The translations under genes were made by a program, and so were the position numbers. A model generated the notes under the pieces. That model was not told the origin of the DNA and did no database searches. It worked only from the letters and a program-made list of their open reading frames with translations. A DNA stretch of 64,000 bases from Octopus sinensis (lineage: Eukaryota), in NCBI RefSeq assembly GCF_006345805.1, contig NW_021830463.1, positions 1 through 64,000 on the forward strand, in the 5' to 3' direction. Positions 52,385-64,000 of the stretch are shown here, piece by piece. Each line of letters begins with the position of its first letter. Position 1 is the stretch's first letter.

Positions 52385-52702
52385 CATATATGTATTTATA
52401 TATATATATACACACACACCTAAATGTGTGTACGTAGAGTCACAAAAGGTAAAAACAGAAAGAAGACAATTGAAAGTAGATGAGTTTCTCTGAATCTCAA
52501 TTAACTTCGAAATTACCATAAACCATACAAACAAAAGCACTTCAATAAGATTTACATTTACGATTCACCTTAAAGCAGGAATGCTATTGATTTTTTCAGG
52601 GCAACAGATATGTTCCCCGCGCACTCTTCACCCCCCTCTCTCTCTCTCTCACTGCATATACATAACATAGTTAGTATATATATATACATACACTATATAT
52701 AT

Positions 52703-52752
<50 letters not shown>

Positions 52753-52890
52753 GCATATATATATGTGTGCGGTGTGTGCATGTGTGTATGTATAATATAT
52801 ATTTGTGTGTGTTTGTCTGTGGAAATATATATATCCCACATATATATATGCTTCTGTGTGTATATGTGTGTATTATATATATAGGCATAT

Positions 52891-52921
<31 letters not shown>

Positions 52922-53148
52922 ATATATATATATAAAGGCATATATATATATATACATACATACATAAATGCATACATATATACATACATACACGCCCACA
53001 CACATATGTTTTTGCACATATATGTGTGTATGTGTTTCTGTTAATATTGTGCGTATTATATATATCTTTCTGTGTGTATGTATGCATATTATATATTATA
53101 TATAGGCAGATACATATACAACATACATACATACATATATATATATAT

Positions 53149-53191
<43 letters not shown>

Positions 53192-53220
53192 ATATATATA
53201 TGTAATATTATAATATATAG
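51990..53220. repeat. Large compound (TA)n/(CA)n/(TG)n microsatellite region
   Basis: Direct reading. Confidence 0.9.
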
Positions 53221-53230
53221 TATATATGTA

Positions 53231-53621
53231 TCTTCTTTTATTTGTTTCAGGTCATTTGACTGCGGTCATGCTGGAGCGCCACTTTTACTCGAACAAATCG
53301 ACCCCAGGATCTATTCTTTGTAAGCGTAGCATTTATCATACCGATCTCTTGTGCTGAACCGCAAAATCACTCGAACGTAAACACACCAACATCGGTTGTC
53401 AAGCGTTGGTGGATGGAAAAACACAGACGCACACAAACACACTCACACACATACCTATGTATGTTGGGCTTCTTTCAGTTTCCGTCTACCAAATACACTC
53501 ACAATGCTTTGATCGGTTAGAGGCTATAGTTGAAGACACTTGCACAAAGTGACACGCAGTGGGACTGAACCAGGGACTATGTGTTTGGAAGCATCTTTTC
53601 ACACAGCCACGCCTGCGCCTA
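53231..53621 (-). mobile_element. SINE family B
   Basis: Ends in ACACAGCCACGCCTGCGCCTA, the reverse complement of the head. Confidence 0.85.
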
Positions 53622-53775
53622 TGTATATATGTATGAGATTATGAATTTAATTCACGGACCACCAGTTTCATCTTTGCGGTCCACCAGTTTGGGAATCACT
53701 GATCCAGAGTAAATATTTATAAGGAAGCACCATAATGAAAACCACGAGCGCAACAGTTATTTAAAATTTCTGGAC

Positions 53776-54170
53776 GAGTGGTTGTGTGGTAAGTAGCTTG
53801 TTTACCAACCACATGGTTCCGGGTTCAGTCCCACTGCGTGGCATCTTGGGCAAGTGTCTTCTGCTATAGCCCCGGGCCGATCAATGCCTTGTGAGTGGAT
53901 TTGGTAGACGGAAACTGAAAGAAGCCTGTCGTATATATGTATATATATATATATGTGTGTGTGTTTGTGTGTCTGTGTTTGTCCCCCTAGCATTGCTTGA
54001 CAACCGATGCTGTGTGTTTATGTCCCCGTTACTTAGAGGTTCGGCAAAAGCGACCGATAGAATAAGTACTGGGCTAACAAAAGAATAAGTCCCGGTGTCG
54101 AGTTGCTCGATTAAAGGCGGTGCTCCAGCATGGCCGCAGTCAAATGACTGAAACAAGTAAAAGAGTAAAA
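53776..54170 (+). mobile_element. SINE family B
   Basis: Full body; diverges from the adjacent minus-strand copy. Confidence 0.9.
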
Positions 54171-55095
54171 AAAAGAGAATGATGTTCGAAGACGTCAAAA
54201 TTGACAACTGACAATATGAGAATTAATGATGATCGAAATTGCATACTGATTCGTTTGTGTAATTATTCAAAACGTGAGGATTACTGAAACAACGGAGCAA
54301 TAGAACTGTGAGGCGTGTTTTCATAGCAAACCCATTTAGCTCTGAGCATTTGATCCGCTTGACAGAGATTTGACTATTCGCTGATGCCATCACTGAAATC
54401 ATAGCGAATTGAAGTGTTATTTAATGACTGGTACTTGCGTTGGGAAGCAACCACAGGTAATTGCCCTGGGATGAGTAGTGTCTCTAATATTATATATATA
54501 TATATTATATATATATTATATATATAATATATATATATACATGAGTGTATTTTTCCCTTGTTACAACAATTAACACAGCAAAATAGATACCAGGGTAGAA
54601 AAAAAATCAGACAAGAGGTTGTAACTCCTTTTCTGTTAAAATGCCTTATTGACGAGTTTCATTTCTTCACTTCCCTGAAGAGAAGATTACATTTTTTTGC
54701 ATCATTTATTCCCTTGGAATAATATCAGTGAAATCTTCGAAACATGTGTCGGAAGTAAAAGTTTTTGAATTATACCTTCGTTAAACTCTATATGTATAAG
54801 CGCGTTTTCGGCACTTTCGCATTGTTGTTCACCGAGAGATGACGATACTGCTGTTTTAACCCCAGAAAGACATATCCAGCTAATTTAAAAAGTTCGCTTT
54901 CGCATTCGATATTGAGTGCAAGCGGGAAAGAACTCCTGTCAAGCTAGTACCCAGGACATGAGACCACGTGATTTCGATCTTATCGAACCTCTTCAGTGGT
55001 AGGTACTCGTTTTCCAGGCATAGCAGAAGTCTAACCTTGCTGGCAATGTATTGAAAATACAGTGTCCTGCAATCCCTGATTATGTAACTAGGAAG

Positions 55096-55111
55096 CTAGT
55101 CCGTCAGAAAA

Positions 55112-55207
<96 letters not shown>

Positions 55208-55225
55208 GTCTGTCTGTCTATCTAA

Positions 55226-55258
<33 letters not shown>

Positions 55259-55354
55259 GATCCATCTATCTATCTATCCATCTCTCTCTCTCTCTCATCT
55301 ATCTGTATGTCTACCTGTCTGTCTGTCTATCTGTCTATCTATCTATCTGTCTAG

Positions 55355-55398
<44 letters not shown>

Positions 55399-55837
55399 TT
55401 ATCATCTATAGAAATTGAAAACAGAGGGTTACCCACTTACAAACAAATGTGGTAACATAATAACAATATTGACCAAGGTTACCGTGGTCTTTTCCGTAGG
55501 CTTTTCTTCCCACGGATAAACCTTACTTGCTTTCCCCTTTACACCATATATCATAACACTGTGATACACGATCCCTATTGATCATTCCTTTTTTTTCCCC
55601 TTTTTCTTCTTTTGTTCCTTTCCCTTTCTTTCTTTTTTCTTTTATTCTTTTTATTTTTTATTCTATTTTTTTTTCTTTTTTTCTTTTTTTTGTTCTTTTC
55701 TTCCCTTTTACGATCCCTCTTGATCGAAAACCTACGCCACCCCCTTTTTTTTCATTCCCCAAAAGAAAAGCTCTACCTTGTAACTTGTCCCATCTGTGTG
55801 CAGCCCTGTGTGGCCAATAAAGAAACTTATCTATCTA

Positions 55838-55880
<43 letters not shown>

Positions 55881-55957
55881 CACGTTGTTCTGCGATCACT
55901 TCAACACTTCGACATTCGGTACATCTATCTATCTATCTATCTGTCTATCTATCTATC

Positions 55958-56010
<53 letters not shown>

Positions 56011-56091
56011 CTATCTATATTATATATATATATATATTATATATATATATTAATATATATAATATATATATATATATATATCTAACTATCA

Positions 56092-56136
<45 letters not shown>

Positions 56137-56248
56137 CATCTCTCTCTCTCTCTCTCTCTCTCAATCTATCTATCTATCTGTCTGCCTGTCTGTCTGTCTA
56201 TCTCTCTATCTAGCTGTCTGTCTATCTGTCTGTCTATCAATCTATCCA

Positions 56249-56270
<22 letters not shown>
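55096..56270. repeat. (TATC)n/(TGTC)n tetranucleotide arrays with a duplicated 55-bp unique segment
   Basis: Arrays at 55096-55400 and 55828-56270; CTGTTTGTCTCACGTTGTTCTGCGATCACTTC..GACATTCGGTACATC at ~55871-55925 and ~56270-56324. Confidence 0.85.
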
Positions 56271-56279
<9 letters not shown>

Positions 56280-56692
56280 CACGTTGTTCTGCGATCACTT
56301 CGACACTTTGACATTCGGTACATCGAATGACTACTGAAACCGATATTATTACCTAATCAGATTATTAATGAGGCTCTAATGGAGTGAATGGATCAATTCT
56401 TAACTATTTATTTTAAGCAATCAAACCTTCTCTGCTTCCCCTGTTTGGTTGTAATCCACATAACATCTGTATATTTTCTATATCCTACCATTTATACCAC
56501 AATCCATTATTCGAAGACACATCATGATACACAATTTCAAATCATTATCATACCAGTTTCGCATCCATAAAGAGGAAACTTTATCTCTTTCTAACCATCT
56601 TTACGTTATGCAACGCTACCTATCCGCCGTTTTTGCTGTCAGTATAGGACTACATACAAGACATATAAGATGCTGGTAGTATAGAACTTTTC

Positions 56693-57082
56693 TACTCTTG
56701 GCACAAGGCCCGAAATTTTTGGGAAGTGGGACTGTCGATTAGCTCGACCTCATTACACAACTGCTATTTAATTTATCGACCTCGAAGGGATGAAAGGCAA
56801 AGTTGACCTCGGGGGAATTTGAAGTCAGAACGTAAAGACAGACGAAATACCTATTTCTTTACTACCCACAAGGGGCTAAACACAGAGAGGACAAACAAGG
56901 ACAGACAAATGGATTACGTCGATTACATCGAACCCAGTGCGTAACTGGTACTTATTGAATCGACTCCGAAAGGATGAAAGGCAAAGTCGACCTCGGGGGA
57001 ATTTGAACTCAGAACGTAACGGCAGACGAAATACCGCTGAGCATTTCGCCCTGTGTGCTAACGTTTCTGCCAGCTCGCCGCC
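56693..57082 (-). mobile_element. SINE family C, two tandem copies
   Basis: Reverse-complement matches. Confidence 0.85.
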
Positions 57083-58019
57083 ATAGGACTACATATGTAA
57101 TGTAATAATCGAGAATTACTACCAATTCTACGAAATCTGTTGATAAAGGAACTTTTCTTATAAAAGAGTGATTTATTAAAAAAGCCCCATATGAAATAAG
57201 AATTTCCAAGAAACAGTTCAAGACCGACAAGAAATAAAATATTTTCTTCGCATATTTTTGTGACAAATGGATGATTTTAGAGGTTTAAATTTGGTTATTA
57301 ATATTTTATTGACACCAACGTTCTTGTTCTGAGGATTGGCTTATGCCTTCAGGGGCCCTGTTATGAGAAGTATGTTCCACAGATGCAAACCTGTGGGAAT
57401 GCACTCTACTCCACTTGCTTGAATTTTCATATACTTCATTTTGCCTACACGCACAGGAGAACATGCAGAAACGTACACATCTGTGTGAGTGAGGAAATAA
57501 TTGCTCTCTCCGCCACTTGATTTCTATGTATTGTGACCGTAGAAATTCCACCGACAGCATTGTATCGTTAGCTGACATCGGTGAGCACCAGGTGATATTT
57601 CAGGTTTCAGGGTCCCAGCCGTGGTCATATTTTGATCCAGGACAGCAGCCACATCATGCGAGGCCCACCTACTACAGGGCACCTCTAGCAGATCGAAGGC
57701 CTGATCATTATGAAGCAGATCCCTTCTAGAGGAAGCAAATAAGTAGATGCTCCAGTCTGGCCAGACGCGAACAAATGTAACGCACTAAGCCAGGCGCTAG
57801 GTTATTACAGAAGTGAATTAGGCAGGCACCGGTTTTAAATTTTGACGAGAAAGCCAGTAATTTTAGGGAATTCAACACTAGTAGCATTTGAGCTCGGGAT
57901 ACACCGAGCCAGAAGTAGTGACGCTGAGCACTTTGTCCGGCACAGAGAGAAATCTGCCAGCTCGCCAAATGTCATAATAATTCCTTCTACTATAGGCTCA
58001 AGGTCTGAAATTTTGAATA

Positions 58020-58542
58020 CCAATATAGCATAAAGCTATATATTTAATGGTACAAGTATATATGTGAACCGGTTCCTGGTATGATATAGAAATCTTACCT
58101 TCCTCAACACATGTTAATCTTTTTAAATACTATCTGAATCTGCCACGTTGAAATTTGCTTGCCTCTTCAATCGCTTAGCACCAAAATACAGACACCGTCA
58201 GTGTGAGAAGTACTAATCAACAGTAAAATATTCGGAAGTGAATATTTATAAGTTATTAATATTTCTATTATTATCAAAAGCAATATAAATAGTTGATAAT
58301 AACAGAAACATAAATATGGGTGGTTGTTGCAGGCCTAAAAAATAGCCTTATATATGCTAAAGAATTGAAATCATATTAATCATTAAAGTGTCTACCCGCT
58401 AGAAATAAGAGTGAAAACCCTTATTTGGATAGTATTTCAAAAGGTTAAGATGCGCTGAGGAACGTAAGATGTCTATATCAAACCTGGAACCGGTTCACAT
58501 ATATACTTGTACCATTAAATATAGGGCTTTACGCTATATTGG
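58020..58542. mobile_element. MITE with ~120-bp terminal inverted repeats and TA target duplication (Tc1/mariner-type)
   Basis: TA|CCAATATAGC...TTTAATGGTACAAGTATATATGTGAACCGGTTCC mirrored by GGAACCGGTTCACATATATACTTGTACCATTAAA...GCTATATTGG|TA. Confidence 0.8.
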
Positions 58543-58709
58543 TATATGAGAGATATTTTTTCAATCTGCTAGTATAGTTTTGAATCTGTTGTTTTCAGTG
58601 ATAATATTTTGGTGGTTTAAATGCGGAATTTGACTCTTATTTCTAGCTGGAAGATACTTTAATGTATCCTTATGATTAATATATATATATATATAATATA
58701 TATATTTGT

Positions 58710-58890
58710 ACCCTCCACCATCGCTTGACAAACGATGTTGGTGTGTTTACGTTCCCCGAAACTAAAACAGTTCGGCAAAAGTGACCGATAGAATGAGTAC
58801 TAGGCTTACAAAGAATAAGTCCTGGGGTCGTTTTGTTCGACTGAAGGTGGTGCTCCAGCATGGCTGCAGTCAAATGACTGAAGCATGTAA
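58710..58890 (+). mobile_element. SINE family B, 3' half
   Basis: CATCGCTTGACAAAC...GCTCCAGCATGGCTGCAGTCAAATGACTGAAG. Confidence 0.8.
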
Positions 58891-59099
58891 GACAAGAAAA
58901 ATATATATTATTTTTGATATTTTGCATGGGTGATAGTATATTGTACCGACACCATTGCTCCACTGCTTGTTTTTTTTTTATGGACCCTTAAAAGACGAAA
59001 GGAAAACTCACCCCGGCAGGATTTGATCTTAGAACATAAAGATTCTGAGTTCTGCCTCCTAACCACCTGAATACTACTAGTATTTATATTTGTTTCTGT

Positions 59100-59644
59100 A
59101 TTGCTCTAAAGGTGCTAAACATAGAGAGGACAAATAAAGGGATTAAGTCGATTTCATCAACCCTAATGCGTAACTGGTACTTATTTAATCGGCCCCGAAA
59201 AATGAAAGGTGGAATTTGCACTCATAACGTAACGGCAGACAAACGGATTAAGTCGATTACATCGACCCCCAGTGCGTAACTGGTACTTAATTTATCGACC
59301 CCGAAAGGATGAAAAGCAAAGTCGACTTCGGCGGAATTTGAACTCAGAACGTAACGTCAGGAGAAATACGGCTACGCATTTCGCTCGGCGTGCTAACGAT
59401 TCTGGCAGCTCGCCGCCTTGTTTTTATATTCTTTTGTACTCTAGGCACAAGGCCCGAAATTTCGGGGGACGAGATCAGTCGATTAAATCGCTCTCAGTAG
59501 GCAACTGGTACTTAATTTATCGAACCAGAAATGTTGAAAGGCAAAGTCGTCCTCGGCGGAATTTGAACTCAGAACATAAAGACGGACGAAATACCGTTAA
59601 GCATTTCGCTCGGCGTGCTAACGTTTCTGGCAGCTCGCCGCCTT
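59100..59644 (-). mobile_element. SINE family C, three tandem copies
   Basis: Repeated AACTGGTACTT...GGAATTTGAACTCAGAAC...GCAGCTCGCCGCCTT. Confidence 0.85.
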
Positions 59645-60955
59645 GTATTCGTATTGATAGCGACAATTTATGGTGCTAACCATTGTATATTCATTTACTC
59701 GGACATTTGACATTTCAGAAACAGTACCCAAACACCCCCGAATGCACTTCCAAATTTAGAATGAGAAGATTAATCTACAATGAAGTCGCTGACATACAAA
59801 GTGACAGAATGGTCGTAAATAAAATGCTTCAGTTATTTCAATGTAGACTGGCTTGAACCTAAACATTTATGAAGTCAGTTGGTTTCAAGACATCATGGTT
59901 GCCACTGCAGCAGTGTGTTCTAATATCTCAGGATTTGGTTTTGTACATTTGGTACTGTAGAATGATCTGGTTGTGTGTTTGCACCCAGCATGTTGATTCG
60001 TTCGTTGGTTTGGCTGGTTGAGCTGAGATAATACGAGGAAAGAAATGAATAAAAACATATACTGTTGAAGCGAGAAATGCTTGGAAGTATATTTGTCTTA
60101 ATAATTTTTCTATTATGCCATCTATAAACATCTTAGATAAATATATAGTGAGTTCGCTTTTAAAAACGGACGCAAGAACGCATACAGACAAGAAGACAGA
60201 AACAAACACTTTAATAGAGATATAGACACATACAACCAGATACGTAGAACTGCTGCGATATATATATATACATAAATGTGTGTTTTTGCGAGTGTATGTA
60301 CTTGCGTGTGAGTGTGTACATACGTCTAGGGAAGGGCACAAATGAGGGGGTTTGTTATTATAAAAATTATTACAGACCTTACAGCCATATGCACGTACAC
60401 CCTTAACAATGTATATGCAGCCATGCTGAAGCACACGTAATCTCGTACACAATTTAGTTGTGTGTACGCATACGTCTGTGAGTTTACGTGTACGAGCGTG
60501 GGAAAGGCCTAAATGTGTTTAAATATATATACACATATATATACTATAATATATATACATATATATATACATATAATATAATATAATATATATATATATA
60601 TATATCCCACCCATAACTTACCCGTATATATTGATACATTAAAAGAGTTTAAATGCCGTCTCATGCATTAATATTTTAAAGGAGTCAAAGAGGACAATTA
60701 ATGTATATTTGTGTGCACATTATATATTATTTATGATATTTATTTATATTGATATACATAAATATTTATACATGTATGCATATGCATTGCGGTATATTTA
60801 TGCGTGTTTTTGGCTGTGCATGCATATTATATATATATATGTGTGTGTGTATGTGTGTGTATGTGTGTATGTATGTATTTAAGTATATATATATATATAT
60901 ATATGTTGTGTGTGTGTGTGTATGTGTGTGTATGTGTGTATGTATGTATTTAAGT

Positions 60956-60986
<31 letters not shown>

Positions 60987-61512
60987 ATGTGTGTGTATGT
61001 GTGTATGTATGTATTTAAGTATATATATATATATATGTGTGTGTGTCTGTATGTGTGTGTGTGTGTGTTTTTGTGTGTGTGTGTGTGCATATATATGTGT
61101 GTACATGTGTGTATATATATATATATACACACATATTTTATATCAGAATGATGGTTAAATATTCAGCGATGAGTGCGTTTTATTGTTCCTGGCAAAACGT
61201 AGACACACTGATACACGGAGACGCGCGCAGAAACGCACACACACACAAACACACACACATACACACACAGAAACACACACACATATATGCTGAAATATAA
61301 AAGAAGAATGGGAACGTGAAAGAAAAATAAAAACAACGTAATTTCAAATAAACGCGCAAAAAGACAAAAGAAATGGCAATAACTTAGATAATATAGGAAT
61401 TCTTCGATCAATAATTCTGATAAATGAAGAACTGTCGTCAGAGGTGTACGTGTGCGTTTGCGTATGTATGTGTGTGTGCGCATGTGTGAACGCGCACATA
61501 CATAAGCATATA

Positions 61513-61549
<37 letters not shown>

Positions 61550-62183
61550 GTATATATACATATATATACATTTATATATACATATATATATTATGTATAT
61601 ATATTAAATATATATATATATAGTATATATATATACAGAGAGGGAGAGAGAGATGTATATATATATATATATATATCTATATACATATATATAATATATA
61701 TACACACACATATATATATAATATATATATATATACATACATATATACATAAAAAACAATTATTATTCATATGCAATCTTCTTTCTATAACAAATCAGTT
61801 AAAGAAAATACGAAAATAACATAGTATTAAAAACAAACCTATTGCCAGAAACATTAAGCTACTTAATGTTAACTGGAATGCAAGCTGGAAATGCTATGTA
61901 ATATAATTGTTTTCGGGAAAAATATACCGATTCTCTGTTTTCTTGTAGACATTTTTGTTTCTATCCTTCACCATCTATTAACGACTCTCCCTCTATCCAT
62001 GTCACTTCGTGTCTGCCTCTGTGTGTGCCTCTGCCGTAATATATTATTTCCCTTTACTACTCTGTATTGTTATGAATGCAGCAGTTGACATTGCATAATA
62101 TAAATTATAATATATATATAATATATATTATAATATATATATATATATATAATACATTATATGCAATTTCTCTGTCGTTCCTG

Positions 62184-62238
<55 letters not shown>

Positions 62239-62597
62239 GAACAACACACAGATACGCAGTACGACGGAGACAGTACTCAACACACGCTATGGAGTATATT
62301 CTGATACAATGAAGAAGATGCGTCTTTGCCATCTGTCACCATCCAGGGTAGCTCCCTTGTTTGAAATTTCTGAGGCAAATATAGATTAATGTGGATTGGA
62401 GCCTGAAATTTTGAAGCGAGGGAGTATGTGTGTGCATCGGTAATTAAATCACCGTTGACATATATATTCAGTACTATTTACCTTGTTTGTGTAACGCAGA
62501 CATGTGCGTGTGCAAACACACACACACACACACTCACACGCACACGCACACACACACACACACCTACACACAAATTCAGTATTATCTTATATATACC

Positions 62598-63109
62598 CTT
62601 TTACTCTTTTACTTGTTTCAGTCATTTGACTGTGGCCATGCTGGAACACCGCCTTTAGTCTAAGAAATCGAGCCCGGGACTTATTCTTTGTGAGCCTAGC
62701 ACTTATTCTGTAGTTCTCTTATGCCGAACCGCTAAGTTACAGGGACGTAAACACACCAGCATCGGTTGTCAAGCGATGTTGGGCGACAAACACAGACACA
62801 CAAACATATACTCGTGCATACATACATATATGCTTATATATATGTATATATATATATATGTTATATATACATACATGCATATATATATGTGTGTATGTGT
62901 GTGTGTATTATATATATATATATATATATATGTCATATATATATACGACGGGCTTCTTTCAGTTTCCGTCTACCAAGTGCACTCACAAGGCTTTGGCCGC
63001 CCGAGGCTATAGTAGAAGTCCCTTGCCCAAGTTGCGACGCAGTGGGACTGAACCCGGAACCATATGGTTGGTAGGCAATCTACTTACCACACAGCCGCTC
63101 CTGCGCCTA
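62598..63109 (-). mobile_element. SINE family B, full length
   Basis: Reverse-complement match including the head. Confidence 0.9.
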
Positions 63110-63242
63110 TGTGCAATTTTTGAGCATGTATGAGCATGCTAAAGGTTTTGCGTGTTTATTTTTAGCATTAGTAACATTTTCTACGCATTTTCTTCGCCGT
63201 TCTTTTCTTCATCATAGGCAATACTTTAATATTCTTTTCTAA

Positions 63243-63447
63243 TCTAGGCCCAAGGCCCGAAATTTTTGAGGGACCGGGCCAGTCGATTAGATTGATCCCT
63301 GTACGCAACTGGTACTTAATTTATCAACCCTGAAAGGATGAAAGGCAAAGTCGACCTCGGCGGAATTTGAACTCAGAACGTAAAGACAGAAGAAATACTG
63401 CTAAGCATTACGCCCGGTGTGCTAACGTTTCGGCCAGCTCGCAGCCA
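63243..63447 (-). mobile_element. SINE family C
   Basis: Reverse-complement match. Confidence 0.85.
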
Positions 63448-63873
63448 TGCAGTGCTTTAATATTCAACGCAATACTGAAACCATTAAGGAAGTATATACC
63501 TAAACACTACATCTGGCTGGTATAGGGACTGTGTCGTTGTGGTTTATACTGCAACATTTAATAAAAGAAATCCGTTTCGCCCGGCAGAGATTTTCCATGG
63601 GACCACCTGTTAACAAATTTTCACATTTGTCTCTGTGAAACGCTCAATAGATAAATAATAGTGGACAAATAAATAAAGAACTGAATGAATAAACAAATGA
63701 ATAAATAAATAAACAAATAAATAAACAGCGGTGGTGCTCCAGCATGGCCGCGGCCTTCGGGCTAAAGCATTTTAAAGGATTTAAGGAAATACATAAATGC
63801 ATAAATAAATAAGATGCTCATTTATTGCAGGTAACATTCGCAAAAACAAGAAATAAATTTCAGAAGCTTTTTA

Positions 63874-64000
63874 TAGGCGCAGGAGTAACTGTGTGGTAAG
63901 TAGCTTACTTACCAACCACATGGTTCTGGGTTCAGTCCCACTGCGTGGCACCTTGGACAAGTGCCTTCTACTATAGCCTCGAGCCGACCAAAGCCTTGTG
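63874..64000 (+). mobile_element. SINE family B 5' part, cut by the window end
   Basis: TAGGCGCAGGAGTAACTGTGTGGTAAG...CCTTGGACAAGTG. Confidence 0.9.

Noticed and set aside
57300-57840. Possible decayed LINE fragment
   Set aside because: Only a vague RR..D..I..K-like stretch; no motif I can defend.

Overview
AT-rich, microsatellite-saturated eukaryotic non-coding DNA, inferred to be from an octopus genome (three tRNA-derived SINE families of the octopus type, about 35 copies, plus abundant (TA)n, (TG)n, (TAA)n and (TATC)n arrays). I found no host-gene exon I can support, and nearly all ORF-track entries are microsatellite or SINE artefacts. The centrepiece is a very young Penelope-like retroelement of Naiad type (14831-20772, minus strand). 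It has an RT plus C-terminal GIY-YIG ORF that restores to 711 aa with one added base, a direct pseudo-LTR, an inverted pseudo-LTR and an atypical hammerhead ribozyme (HHR) in each repeat. Around it are several distinct non-coding HHR elements, all sitting in (TA)n. These are a 397-nt-period retrozyme-like tandem (32988-33666), a head-to-head inverted HHR element with a compensatory U3-A8 core (8311-8789), a two-copy A6U HHR family and a 123-bp mini-derivative of the Naiad. Three different families end next to the same CATAT motif, which suggests a shared (TA)n-priming mechanism. Also present are an R4/Dong fragment in (TAA)n, a decayed Tigger transposase, CR1, RTE and second-PLE remnants, Helitron-type elements, a TA-flanked MITE and several long hairpins. 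All family assignments come from motif recognition by eye, not from database searches.
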